The notes beneath the pieces are model-generated. The model was not told the origin of the DNA, did not search any database, and saw only the letters and a list, made by a program, of their open reading frames with translations. DNA of 64,000 bases from Lama glama (Eukaryota), in contig CM052818.1 in the NCBI GenBank assembly GCA_028534125.1, forward strand, positions 34,660,001-34,724,000. Direction: 5' to 3'. The number at the start of each line of letters is the position of its first letter. Positions within the stretch are counted from its first letter, which is position 1. The translations under genes and the position numbers were made by a program. Of the stretch, positions 25,565-37,740 are shown piece after piece.

Positions 25565-25705
25565 AATCAGTCCTGGTCTCGGTCTATGTACAGCTGGACT
25601 TTTCAAATGAGACCTGGTCGGCAGCACTCTCCAAGCCCCAGACTCTTCCCACTGCCTCGGCTTCCTCTTCCCTGGGAACCCTCACTGGCCTCAGCCTCAC
25701 AACAG
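25565..25705 (+). CDS. ADGRF3: ADGRF3 exon 3
   Basis: ctgcag| (E)SVLVSVYVQLDFSNETW...GLSLTT; donor CAG|GTGGTG, phase 1. Confidence 0.88.
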
Positions 25706-26163
25706 GTGGTGTAAGGAGAGGCCCCTGCTTCTCAGTGGCTCTTATGCTGCTTGGTGGGAAGGGGGCTCAGGGTGAAGGGAGCCCAGCCCTCCCACAGTCC
25801 CCTTGTCTGAGATACTGTGAGCCCCTCCCTATTTCTGGAGGGTCTGCGCAGCCCAGCTCCTTTCTCACCTCCCACCGGGCAGGCCCTTCCCTTCCTGCTC
25901 CGCGTCCCCATCTTCTAAACTTTGGCAGAGGCACAAGGGGCAGATGATGGTGGGCCCGGGTCTCCACTCCCACCCCTGATGCCTTTGCCCAGCACACTCT
26001 GCTGCTCTTGGCTGAGAAGGCAGTGCCTGGTGGGTGGTGGTGACTGAGGCGCCTGTGACTTTGGGATTGTCCAGACAGCCAGCCCTAAAGCCCCGCAGGC
26101 ATCAGGCAGTTGGGCTTTCCCAGACAGCCTGCCCACTTCTCATTCCCCTTCCCTCTGTCACAG

Positions 26164-26337
26164 AGTGCAGTGTCAACCACGATGGGTGTACCTATTGTGC
26201 TTGCCTCTCTGGGTACCAGTGGAACAACAGTGTCTGCTCCCGTCACCAACCCTGCGAAACCCTCCTTGAGCACCGGCCTTGTGGCTGTCTTATCTTCTGC
26301 CCTAATGAAGCCGGGTACTGCCAGCTGCTGCCACCTG
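26164..26337 (+). CDS. ADGRF3: ADGRF3 exon 4, Cys-rich segment
   Basis: (E)CSVNHDGCTYCACLSGYQWN...GYCQLLPP; cacag| acceptor, G|GTGAGG donor. Confidence 0.92.
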
Positions 26338-26806
26338 GTGAGGAACTTGGGAACCAATGCTGCCCTCCCCGACCCCACCCCAGTGAAAGAAATCCTGTGT
26401 TGTCTTTCCCTCTGATCCCTGTGTCTCTGCCAGCCGACCCAAGCCCAGCGGCTCTGGGAGGGAGAAAATGTCAGCCATAATAGCAGATCCCAGGCCCTGA
26501 GCTCGGGACCGGATAATGAGACTAAGGAATGGCAGGGCTTCAGAGACAGGTGGACAAGGAGAGGAAGTTCCCTCCCTGGGGGAGGAGGAGTTCTAGACCA
26601 AAAAGCTTCCTTGTTTGGTTTCTGCTGACGGATTGGGTCTTCCAGGCTGGGATGCAGCAGCCACACTCATCCAGGGACAAAACAAAAAAGGTGGGAAGGG
26701 AGTGAGAAGGGATGGGCTTCAGAAGATGGGGAAGGAAGGAGAGCTTAGCTCTATCAAGGGCCACAAGTTCTTGTTCTGGGGGTACCCTGTCTCCTGCCTC
26801 CTGCAG

Positions 26807-27025
26807 TCCCTGCAACCCTGAGCCTCAACTCCTGGCTGCAGATGCCTGGCAGCACCCTGAACCTGACCCTTCTCACAAGCCAGGAGATCACCAACCTGAA
26901 ATGGTTCCTGTGGCGCACGGGGAGCCCCAGCCCCATCCTCCTGCAGGCAGGGACATGTGTGTCCTTGACCTCCAGCCGGGGCCGGGCTCTCCTCAGCATC
27001 GTCAACATCACCTATAAATGGGCAG
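26807..27025 (+). CDS. ADGRF3: ADGRF3 exon 5, Ig-like region
   Basis: (V)PATLSLNSWLQMPGSTLNLTLL...NITYKWA; ctgcag| acceptor, CAG|GTAGCC donor. Confidence 0.9.
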
Positions 27026-27551
27026 GTAGCCCGCCTGTCCCTCCCTTCTCGTCTCGTCTCCTCTCCTCACCTTTCTTCTTCCTCCTCTTTTTCCTTTGCT
27101 CCCCCTCCTCCACCCCCTCTTCTCCTTCCTTCTTTTCTCCTCTTCCTTTCCCTTCTCATCCCTCCACTTATTCACTCTGGGGAAACCAAGGCTAAGAGCC
27201 CACTGATGTGAAGAAGTGTAAGGAGAGAGCACTGAAAACGTGGTCTGAGAGTCCACTGAGAACAGATGCCTGCTCTTCTTCACGAGGCTGAAACGGTAGG
27301 CGCTGGAGCAGGAGCGGCAGCTAGTGGAGGGAGAGGTTTCCCCTTAGAATTCACGGCTATAGGGTAACAAAAGGGTCAGGGTCTCTTCTTCCTCCTAGAA
27401 ATCCTTCCAGGGACAAGGATCGTTCCTACTGGGGTTAAGAAGAGGCTGAATGGACAAGGCAGACCTAGGGTGTGGCTGGGGAGGCAGCGGAGACTCTGTG
27501 GCACAGGTGGGGGCCGAGGAGGCGGGACGTACATCAGGTGTGTGTCTGCAG

Positions 27552-27761
27552 GTGATTACATGTGCTGCTTTGAGGCCCAGGGATTCAGGTGGGAGCTGCA
27601 CCAGATGGTGAAGGTGTCCCTGCGGGAGACAGACGTGGCTCAGCTTCCAGACCAGCTCTCCATCTCCTGTGCCTCCTCCCCTGGCTTCCAGCTGAGCTGC
27701 TGCATCCCCAGCGAACATCTGGGCTACACGGCTTCCTGGAGTCCTGGAGAGGGCAGCGAAG
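27552..27761 (+). CDS. ADGRF3: ADGRF3 exon 6 (in-frame donor is GC)
   Basis: (G)DYMCCFEAQGFRWELHQ...WSPGEGSE; in-frame joining to exon 7 requires AAG|GCGTGG. Confidence 0.85.
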
Positions 27762-28190
27762 GCGTGGGAGGGGGCCAGCTGTTAGGGGTTGGGGAGAGAG
27801 GGCAGCTAGTCACCTCCAGGCAGCTGGCTCTCCAGCTCACCGGAAGCAGAGGCTGCAGTTCAACCTGGGAGTTGCTGGTCCAAGTCCAATACTGCTTTTA
27901 CCCAATTCTGTTGCTAGAACAATAACCCTCATGTGTGGAGACAGCTTCTGCATAATGCTTTCGTTAACTGTGGCTTCAGGCCCTGGAGCTAGAGACCCCC
28001 AGAGTCCCCTTCACCGAAATCCAAGCTCTACCTTCAGTGGTGTGATGCCCACGTATGATTTAGCTCTTCCCCACTGCTTCATTCTGCTTCTGAAATCACT
28101 AGAAAGACTGACAAGGCATCTCTAGGCCTCTTGGGTTCCCAGGTGTGTTCCTGGGCCAGTGACAGTTCTCTTCTCTTGTTTCACCCTCAG

Positions 28191-28334
28191 CCTCCTCATT
28201 CAACACATCGGACTCCCAGTGCTTTGTGCTGGCTGTTCAGCGCTGCCCTGCAGCTGACACCACGTACACTTGTGACCTGCAGAGCCCAGGACTGAGCCCT
28301 CTCAGGGTCCTCGTCTCTGTTACCATCATCCAGG
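28191..28334 (+). CDS. ADGRF3: ADGRF3 exon 7
   Basis: (A)SSFNTSDSQCFVLAVQRCPAADTTYTCDLQS...TIIQ; cctcag| acceptor, G|GTACGC donor. Confidence 0.9.
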
Positions 28335-28509
28335 GTACGCAGGGCTTGGGGTTCAGCTGGCTGCGCTCTCACCTGCTTGCCCTGGGAGCTCCTCCTTGAT
28401 GTTTCCCTGCAATGGGCAGTAAGACGGACTCACAGCCTGCACTGACTTCTGCCCAAGGAGAGGCTAGGGCTAGACTGGGTTGCCAAGCCTCCCCTGATAT
28501 CATTTTCAG

Positions 28510-28706
28510 GTGGAGACACCACCTGCCCTGAGGACTCTTCAGCTGGTGCCTGGCACGTCACCAAGGCTGGCCATGTGGCCCAGGCCCCATGTCCTGGGAA
28601 TAAGACGGGCACAGTGAAGAGGACTTGTAGGCCTGATGGGGCCTGGGGGCCCAACCATAGCAGCTGCACAGACACAGGGCTCCTGGCCTTGCTTTATAGA
28701 GCCCGG
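28510..28706 (+). CDS. ADGRF3: ADGRF3 exon 8, hormone-receptor (HRM)-like domain
   Basis: (G)GDTTCPEDSSAGAWHVTKAGHVAQAPCPGNKTGTVKRTCRPDGAWG...YRAR; donor CGG|GTAAAG, phase 0. Confidence 0.92.
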
Positions 28707-29114
28707 GTAAAGCTTCTGGCCCTGCTGACCACATGCCCCATCCTCCATGACCCATCCCTTCCTCACCCAGGACCCAGCTTTAGAACCCTCTCCCCCGAGG
28801 CCCGCCCCAAAGGTTATTCAGCTTCTCGGAACTGGTTCTTAGCAGAGCCAGGAAGTAGGTGCAAGGGGGGCTTAGAGTGGCCAGCACGCTCATGATGGGG
28901 AGGGTGCTAGTCTCAAACCTTGATCCTAACAAATGTCCATCCCACTAACCTTGGTGTCAGTTCCTTCCATGTGGCTCGCTCTTCTCTGCTTCCTGCTCCC
29001 CTGGGACAGGGTGCAGGTGTGGGGAGAAGGGAGCTGAACAGGGAGAGGGAGGAGGTGGCCCCTCCCTCTTGAGGACCCGCCCACCACCCCCTCCTGCTGT
29101 CTTGTCTGTCTCAG

Positions 29115-29294
29115 CTGCTGCGGGCAGGCCAGGGCTGGCCTGATGAGGAGGTGCCACAGATCCTGGCGCAGCTGCCTGACCAGGTAGTGGTGGTGACCTC
29201 ACCCTCTGACTTATTAGCACTGGTGAACACCATAAAAGTCCTGGCCAAAATAGTGGCAAGTGCCAGAATACAGCTCAATGGCAGTGCCCTGGAG
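29115..29294 (+). CDS. ADGRF3: ADGRF3 exon 9, GAIN domain start
   Basis: LLRAGQGWPDEEVPQILAQL...GSALE; tctcag| acceptor, GAG|GTGAGA donor. Confidence 0.92.
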
Positions 29295-30135
29295 GTGAGA
29301 TCTCTGAGCCATGGCAGGGGCCGGCTGGGTAGTGTGGGCCGGAAGCTCTTCAGCCCTGGGCACTTCTGTCCCTCTGTATCACCAGGGGCTCTCAGATGGT
29401 AGACTTTTCTAGAGTCCAAGAGTCTGCTCCCTGGTCCATTTCTCCTCTTGGATTCCAGTCTCTAAGGTCATGGAATGTAGAGAAGGCCTGATGCTGGGAA
29501 CACATGGGTGGTCGGGGAAGGCAGAGAGGGGTGTGAAGACATGAGTTTAGAGGCATTCATGCACATGCAGACATGGGTTATGACTCCAACACACGCCCCC
29601 AACCCGTCCACCCACAAGATACCTCCATGGAGATACTCAAATGTGCTTGGCTTTGCTGGACCCACTTACACCAGCTCTCAGGATAGGCCTCAGTTGGCAA
29701 CCCATAAGCTGCAGCCAAAAGAATGACCAGAGACAATGACACTACACACCCTTCGTGTTTGGGAATGTGTATCACACATGGGTGCACAGACATGCTGGTG
29801 GCCCTCTACTTCAGAACATTGTGCCCTTAACCAATGGGCACCATTCCTAGCTTTACAGATCTAAATGGCCCCCTTAGGATCTGGTGGCCCCAAGGGATGG
29901 AGTGGGGAGACCAGTAATCAGACAGAGGGTGGGATGTGCATCAGGAGACCACATGCCAGAAGACGCCCCAGTGGGAGGCTAAACAGCCCTCTTCTTCCCG
30001 TCTCCCTTTCGTGGGCCTGTCTTCCTCTCCCTTTTCTCCCCAACCTTGGGTTTTGCACTGAACTAGGAAGGGTGGGTTTGGGGCCTGTAGTTCCCTGCTG
30101 AGGGCTCTAGGCCTCATCTCTGTTGTGTGCTGCAG

Positions 30136-31518
30136 GCTCTGCTGAAAACCACAGACAAGGTCCTTGACATGGACGCCAGTTCCCTGTGGACCACAGCCCG
30201 GGCCCAGATCTCCGCAGTGGGCTCCAATCTCCTGCTGGCTGTGGAGACCCTAGCACGCAGTCTGTGCCCACAGGATCACCCCTTCTCCTTCGGCTTGCCC
30301 AACGTGCAGCTGCAGACCCAGCTCCTCAGGCCCACACTTCCTTCCGACTATAGAGTCTCCTCCTCTACTCAGCCCATGCTGCAGGCGCACATTCCCAAGC
30401 ACTCACTGGCCCCACTGGGCCATAATGGAACCAACGTCAGTGTTACTAGCCTGATGCTGCAAAAACTGGACCACTTTCTGCCTTCAAACTACGGACAAGG
30501 GCTGGGGGACTCCCTCTATGCCACTCCTGGTCTGGTCCTTGCCATCTCCATCATGGCAGGTGGCCAGATCTTCAACAAGGCAGAGGTCATCATGGACTTT
30601 GGGGACACAAATGGCACCCCTCACTGTGTCTTCTGGGACCACGATCTCTTCCAGGGCAAGGGGGGCTGGTCTGATGCAGGGTGCCAGGTGCAGGCAGCCA
30701 GTGCCAGCCCCACCACTCACTGTATCTGCCAGCACCTCACTGCCTTCTCCATCCTTATGTCTAGACACACAGTTCCAAAAAACACCCTCCTGGAGCTGCT
30801 GGGTCAGGTGGGCTTGGGGGCCTCCATTGTGGCCCTGCTTGTGTGTCTGGGTGTGTATAGGCTAGTGTGGAGATTTGTGGTGCAGAGCAAAGTTGCCTAC
30901 TTACGCCATGCGGCCCTGCTCAATGTGGTGCTCTGCCTGCTGGCGGCAGACACCTGCTTCCTCGGAGCCTCGCTGCTTCCTCCAGGGCCCCACAGCCCAC
31001 TCTGCCTGGCCACCGCCTTTCTCTGTCATTTCCTCTACCTGGCCACCTTCTTCTGGATGCTGGCTCAGGCTCTGATGTTGGCCCACCAGCTACTCTTTGT
31101 CTTCCATCAGCTGTCCAGGCACCGAGTACTCTCCCTGATGGTGTTCCTTGGCTACCTGTGCCCGATGGGGTTTGCAGGTGTTACCCTGGGCCTCTACCTA
31201 CCCCGAGGGCAATACCTGGGGGAGGGGGCATGTTGGTTGGACAAGAAGGGAGGAGTGTTCTACACCTTCGTGGGGCCAGTGCTGGCCATCATGGGTGTGA
31301 ACGGGCTAGTACTAGCCATGGCCGTGCTGAAGCTGCTGAGACCTTCACTGTCAGAGGGACCCCAGGTGGAGAAGCGTCAAGCCCTCCTGGGAGTGATCAA
31401 AGCCCTGCTCATTCTCACACCCATCTTCGGTCTCACCTGGGCGCTGGGCCTGGCCACTCTGTTAGAGGAAGTCTCCATAGTCCCCCACTACCTCTTCACA
31501 GCTCTCAATACCTCCCAG
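30136..31518 (+). CDS. ADGRF3: ADGRF3 exon 10: GAIN/GPS and most of the 7TM domain
   Basis: 1383-nt open exon. GPS motif CVFWD...GWSDAGC...CICQHL|TAFSILMS (autoproteolysis site at 30738/30739, Stachel TAFSILM). Hydrophobic TM helices. Donor CAG|GTGGGT. Confidence 0.97.
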
Positions 31519-31962
31519 GTGGGTGACAAGGTGGTGGCTGTGCTTTTTGCCCTTTTAGACAGTCCCTGCCAGTCCCTTCTCAAGGAGGTATGGTTGTGCA
31601 GAAGAAACAGGCTCAGGAATTTTTAAAGGCTTAAGCTTGGATTGCTGTTCCTCCACTGACTAGCTGAGTAACTGTGGACAAATCTCTTTGACCCCTAGTT
31701 TTCTCATCTGTAAAATAATCTGGTTTTGTCACTTAAGTCAGGGAATTGTCAGTACCCTATCCTTTGATCCATCTTCTTCGTAACAGTAAGAAAAGCACCT
31801 GAAATGGATTCTATGCACCAAGTGGTGCAAATGTACAGAAAACCAAGATGCGGAGCCTCAGGATGTGAATTAAACAAGAGGACAGAGGTTGAAGGAGGAG
31901 AGAGAAGGAATTGGCTCTGATTTCTTCCTCCTTGACTAACTGATCCTCATCCCTCTTTTCAG

Positions 31963-32004
31963 GGTGTCTTCATCTTATTGTTCGGCTGCCTCATGGACAG
32001 GAAG
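31963..32004 (+). CDS. ADGRF3: ADGRF3 exon 11, TM7 end
   Basis: GVFILLFGCLMDRK; branch point TGACTAAC at 31933, ttttcag| acceptor, AAG|GTGAGT donor. Confidence 0.93.
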
Positions 32005-32092
32005 GTGAGTCTGCCCACCTACCCCAGCCTGACCTGCATGCATCCAAAGGCCGGGACTTTGGCTGGCATAACGGCAATCCCCTCTCCTACAG

Positions 32093-32155
32093 GTTCAAGA
32101 GGCTTTGCGCAAACATTTTTGCCGCTCCCAGCCCCCCAACTCCACCATCTCCCTG
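32093..32155 (+). CDS. ADGRF3: ADGRF3 exon 12, helix 8 and C-tail
   Basis: VQEALRKHFCRSQPPNSTISL; ctacag| acceptor, CTG|GTGAGT donor. Confidence 0.92.
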
Positions 32156-32611
32156 GTGAGTTGCTGGCTTTAAAGCCTCACTTTTCCCCGAGAGCAGAGC
32201 AAAGTAGATGTTCCACAGCCTTCCACGGAGGAGATGGGGACAGCCAGACGCCAAGAGAAGATTGGGGTTGTATTTCAGGAGGAACATGTTTCAGGGTCAA
32301 GCTCTCCTACGATGGAGAATGCAGCCCAGTCTGAGCAGACTCAGGTTCCTGGGCTCCTGATTATAACCTGGACTCCTAGTGACTCTGGATTTTCCCCTGG
32401 TTTCTCCCTCCGAGAATCTGCCTCCAGTTAGCAGGGGAAAGGTAGGATCGGTTTGCATGAGAGTCACTGTAGCTGGGAGCAAAGTTCCTAGGATTTCTGC
32501 TGCCCAGGCAGGAGGACAGGTGAGAATGTACAAATGGATACAACCCCGTCAAAAGGAGCGTTGGCAGTAGTAATCACTGCCCTGTAATTGGGCCTTCCCA
32601 TGCCTTCCTAG

Positions 32612-32638
32612 GCCACAAATGAAACCTACATCCCATAA
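32612..32638 (+). CDS. ADGRF3: ADGRF3 exon 13 coding part, ATNETYIP* (exon continues to donor at 32667)
   Basis: ttcctag| acceptor; TAA at 32636-32638. The summed exons give 2925 nt = 974 aa + stop. Confidence 0.75.
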   Translation, partial: ATNETYIP

Positions 32639-33068
32639 CACAGCAAAGGAAGAAGTGAAGAAACCGGTGAGGATGAGGCTTTCTCAGGAGCAGTGTGAGA
32701 AGCACGGAGTGAGGATGAGTGTACAAAGGGCTTTCCAGCAGAGCTCTACAAAGAAAACGCCTCTTCATATACCCGCCCTGACCCACAGGGTGGAGAACAG
32801 CCTTCTCCAGGTGGACATTCCCAGGTGAGCTGAAGGAGTGTGGAGGCCTCGGAGAGAAGACGGCATAGCATCTTCTACTGCCTTCCCAGAAAGCTGCAGT
32901 GTCACCACCACCACCCCTTGACTCAGTTCACTCTGAAAATTCCTTTTCACACTAGCATTATTTTTAGATAGCCTGAAAAACCCATGTTGTGGAGGAAATG
33001 CCATTGGTGGGTCTGGTAACCGGAGGGGAGAGGAGCCCACAGAGGCTTCAGGGCGAGCTTTTTCACAG

Positions 33069-33400
33069 GAAAGACAAAAGTTTTGAGTGACCCACATATG
33101 ATGACAGAGTCGAGGTGTGTCCTTGAAGCCACCAGGATGAGTCCTGGCCAACGCTCTGAACCCTTCCTGGCCCCAGAGCTCAGCCCTTGGGAAAGATAGG
33201 CTTCTGTTTCCGTTAGTCACACTCATTTTTCTCATTTACCTGTCCCCACCCTTGAACTATCCAAGCAAGAAAAGCATGGAAAAACTAGCTAAAGTGAACT
33301 AATGAATAAGCATGGCTTTTCTGTAAAAATAATTAACAGATATCAAAGTTCAAAATAATTGCAAGTAAAACCTGTCTTAACAGTTTTCATTATTCAGTGA
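33069..33400 (+). other. ADGRF3: Probable terminal (3' UTR) exon of ADGRF3; 3' end uncertain
   Basis: Acceptor ctttttcacag| at 33068, followed by AAGACA...GAGTGA resembling the recalled human last coding exon. Confidence 0.5.
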
Positions 33401-33740
33401 TTTCTTTTCTCATTATTTCTTCCCTATAATTACAAAGAAAGGATGGCTTAATTGACAGGAATTCTGATCTTCCAGACACTGGAGGCAAAGGGCAGAATTT
33501 GGTTTGTTTCTTTTCAAAATTTAGGAAAAGGTGAAATTAACAGATCCCTCTTTCTTTAACCTCTATGAAACACATTAATCCAAAATGTAAGTTTCATAGA
33601 GGTATGCTTGTATGTAAAGTTACTGATACCAGCACAATTTTAAGAATGTGGTATAAATTTTAAAGTAGAAAGTTATCACAGATGGCCAGGAATTATGAAG
33701 AAAAGATGACAAATATTGACATTTAAAAGTGACAGGATCA

Positions 33741-33884
33741 GGGGAGAGTATAGCTCAAGCACTAGAGCACGTGCTTAACATGCACAGGGTCCTGAGTTCA
33801 ATCCCCAGTACCTGCTCTAAAAATAAGTAAACCTAATTACCTCCCCCACCCCTGCCAAAATAAAATAAATAATGCAATGATAAA
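33741..33884 (+). mobile_element. tRNA-derived SINE (camelid Vic-1-like) with perfect TSD
   Basis: A box TAGCTCAAGCAC, B box GAGTTCAATCCC; TSD TAAAAGTGACAGGATCA at 33724-33740 and 33885-33901. Confidence 0.92.
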
Positions 33885-36169
33885 TAAAAGTGACAGGATC
33901 AAGCTAAGGCTAGATATAGAGAAGAAATATTTAAGAAAAGACTTTAGAGGGCATCAAGATGCCTAGATGGATTAACTTATGGAATCTGAAAGAGGATGAT
34001 GACAGGGTTCTGAAAAATTTTTTAACTAGATAAATAAAAAAAATTCTGATTAATGAGTCTTTAATTATAGAATTCATGGATTTTTTAAATAAAATGGAAT
34101 AGGGGTGTTTTCTTTTGAAATAGAAAGTGATAATGCTAACTAAAAGTGGTAAATGCCATTGAAAACATTTTTCTTACACATGCTATACCTCCACTTAATG
34201 ATTTGTGTGATTTGTATTGTGTATGAACCAGCCCAACTATTTCTCTAAATGGATTCAGTCATTCTTTCAAGTAGAAGGTACCAACTCACCAGGACCACTG
34301 CAAGGTTTCTGTGCCTCGTACTTGTTCCAGCCCCCATGGGAGGCAGCAGCTACTCAATCAGTGGGGGCTTTGCCTTTGCTGGTTTCCCTGACAACAGAGT
34401 CTGTCTCAATTCCACTTTCACTTATATTAATATTTAGTCTTAATATTTTTAATTATCAAACTATATTTTGAAAAATTAAAGTACTAAAGAAGCAGCAGAG
34501 ATTCCTTTTCTGAGTATGTTTCTGTAGATATATGTATTTTCACTTTCCTCCTCAAATGACTGCACACAATGCATGCTCTGCTGCTAAAAACACACTTTAG
34601 AATAGACAAATAAAATGACATTAAGCCCTTGTTCACTTGGCTCTCATCATAGAAAAGGGGGGGAAGGCTCTGGAGGTAAATGTAAGAAAGTGAGATTTAG
34701 TAGCAATTCCATTTCTATAAAGATGGCTTAAAGAAAAAGTAAACAAGTGAACAGATAAATGTATAAAGGATGTGCACACTAGTGTGTTTACATCCTCAAA
34801 AAAGAGGTACTTAGTAACAACAAATTAGGATATATCTATACAAAGGCATGCTATCTGGTCATTAAAAATGACATACCTACACCTGCTGATATGCAAAAAT
34901 ATTTAGACTACATAGTTAAGTAAAACAAAAGGGTTCCAGAACACCATTATACCAGGCAATTATGTTCCATGTGTCCCTACAAATACATATGCATTAAAAA
35001 GGAGAGATATCAAAACATAAACAGTGGGTATCTCTACTTGATTTTTCATTTTCTTCTATTCTATATTGTTTGACTTTTTTTTTTACAATGAGAAGTATTT
35101 TTACATTAGAAAAAAATTATTTTCAAAAAGCTTTCCTGAACATTTTATGCATTAAAAAATAGAAACCTGACAAGCAAAGAAACACAAACAAAATACCCCT
35201 TGGAACTGACGTTTGTACAGAAGGCTAGAGTACGTTAGGGGTTCCCAGGGAAGCTCTGAACTCTCTTATCTGGAGTTCTGCTCTCGGAATTGTTTGATCA
35301 CTGACGGTCCTTTAAGCATAAAAGGGAAAAGGGCAACTAGTTGAGTACAGCACTGAGTACAAACACTGTCAACATGTCTAAATGCTGCTTCTGTCTCACA
35401 ATCATCTATTTCTTTTCAGAATAGTGTCTAATTAACTATTTTTGTCCTTCCATCCCCACACTGTCCCATTTCCTCTCAATCAGTGATCCCTCTTCATTGA
35501 GAAAGCACAATATAACAGTTCAGTATCCTCCCAAAACCACAGCAGAAAAAGGCAGAGGGCCTCTGAGTCATCCATTAAAATCTAAGAAAGCCCAGGAGAC
35601 CATGCTACTACTTTTTATGCCTTGAGAGAGACGGAATTTGAGAAGCTTGGAGAAACAAAACTGAGAAAGGATAGGGGGACATCATAGGCTGAGAAGAATT
35701 AGAGTTGTTCTCTCAGGAAAGATGGAAGCAAAGAGATCATCAGACGCAAACATCTGGGGGTCGGGGGAGCGGTGGGGACAGGGTGGGGGAGAGGTTGGGG
35801 AGCCAACCTTCTGAAGTTCGAATGAAAAATGAGGACAAATAAAGGTTCCACTCCCAAATGATTATTTGGTGGAACAGAGGGTCTAACTAAAGTTTTACAA
35901 GTAAAGAGAGACACTTAAGTTTTGAGATCTTTAAGAACAGCATAACCAGTTTAAGACATTTAAGAACAAACATCAAAGAGGCACCTATAACCACCGCCAA
36001 GGGTGATCCTTTGTAGCAGTCATGCTAATGAAGATAACTTGGCTTTCTCTTGTACGTATAGAATGTTTTGAAACAGTACAGAACCTGTGTGCTCCTCCCC
36101 AAACCAAATGCACTGTCCCCCACCCAGAGGTAACTTCCGTTCTAATTATTTTCCCTTACCTTAAAAAAA

Positions 36170-37740
36170 ATTTTAATTGTGGTAAAATACACATAAAACT
36201 GATCATTTTAACCACTTTTTAGTATACAGGTCAGTAGTGTTAAATAGAGTTACACTGTTGTGCAACCAATCCCCAGAACTCTTTTCACCTTTCAGAACAG
36301 AAACTCTATATGCATTAAACAACTCCTCACTCCCCCTCCCCCAACACTTGGCCACCACCATTCTGTCTGTATGAATTTGACCGTTTAAGACATCTGGTAT
36401 AAGTGAAATTATACAGTATGTCTTTTTGTGACTGGGTTATTTCACTTAGCATAATGTCCTCAAGGTTCATCGATGGTGTAGCATCCCTGGTGACAAGATT
36501 GCCTTCCGTTTTAAGTATTTTCACATTTTGTTTACCTACTCATCCATCAATGAACACCTGAGTTGTTTCCAAGTTTTAGCTATTGTGAATAATGCTGTTA
36601 TGAACACAGATGTAGAAATATCTCTTTGAGACCCTGCTTTCAATTCTGGATATATACCTAGAACTGGAATTGCTGAATCCTATGAATTGTTTGAGGAACT
36701 GCTATACGGTTTTCCATGGCATCTGCACATTTTTACATTCCCATCAATAGTGCACAAAGGTTTCAATTTCTCCATATCCTCACCCACACTTGTTATTTTC
36801 ACGTTTTTTAATAATAGCCATACGAATGGGTGTGAAGTAGCATCTCATTGTAGTTTGATTTGTATTTCCCTAACAATTAGTGATGGCAACTATCTTTGCA
36901 TTTGCTTATTGATCATTGTATATCTTCTTCAGAGAAATGTCTATTCAAATTATTTGCCCATTTTTAAATTGGGTTTTCTAGTTATTGAGTTGTAGGAGCT
37001 CTTTATATATTCTGGATATTAACCCCTTATCAAATATATGAGTTATAAGTACTCAAATGCACAAGACAATGCCAGACTGTTTTCTAAAGTGGTTGTATCA
37101 ATTTGCACTCTCACCAGCAGTGAAGAGAAAGTTCCTATTGTTCCACATCCTTACTAATGCTTGGTATTCTCAGTTTTGTTCATTTTTGCCAGTCTGGTAG
37201 GTATAAAATATCTCATTATGATCTTAATTTGGTTTTTCTTGATTACTAATGAGCATCTTTTCACATTTATTCTCCATTTGTATATAATTTTCTAAAAAAA
37301 TCTGTTAATATCTTTTGTCATTTTTTACTGAGTTATCTTTCTTCTTAATTTTGTAGGAATTCCGTATATATCCTAGATCCTTTGTGAAATATATCTATAT
37401 CATGTACATCTTATAAGATATATCTCTATCATATCATGTATATGATATCTATCATATATATGACAGATATCTTTGTAAGATATGTAAGAGACATATATAT
37501 ATGCACATCCTTTTTAAGTTACATCTGTTTCTTTGCCCCATTTGTGGCTTGTCTTTCCACTCTATCATATAAAGAACATTCTTATTTCAACATAGGCCAA
37601 TTTATAGGTCTTTTCTTTTATGGTAACACTTTAAATGTCTTGTTTAAGAAATCCTCCCTGCCCCAACCTTAGGTCACAGTCGTATTTTTTTCTAAATTTT
37701 AAAGTTTTTTTACCTTTTATATTTAACTTACCTAGAGTTG
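36170..37740 (-). mobile_element. L1M-type 3' fragments (L1MB plus older L1)
   Basis: Typical antisense L1 3' sequence; ORF 36327-36524 MNLEDIMLSEITQSQKD. Confidence 0.85.

Noticed and set aside
26085..26666. 193-aa minus-strand ORF and other antisense ORFs over ADGRF3
   Set aside because: Expected in GC-rich DNA opposite real exons.
30867..31526. 219-aa alternative-frame ORF within ADGRF3 exon 10
   Set aside because: GTG start with no support; stop-poor alternative frames are common in GC3-rich hydrophobic coding sequence.
33741..33815. tRNA-like A/B boxes (also at ~7560-7632 and ~41850-41928)
   Set aside because: SINE heads with A-rich tails and flanking duplications, not tRNA genes.
35756..35800. 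G-quadruplex-capable G-run cluster
   Set aside because: Intergenic, with no associated feature; such motifs are common.
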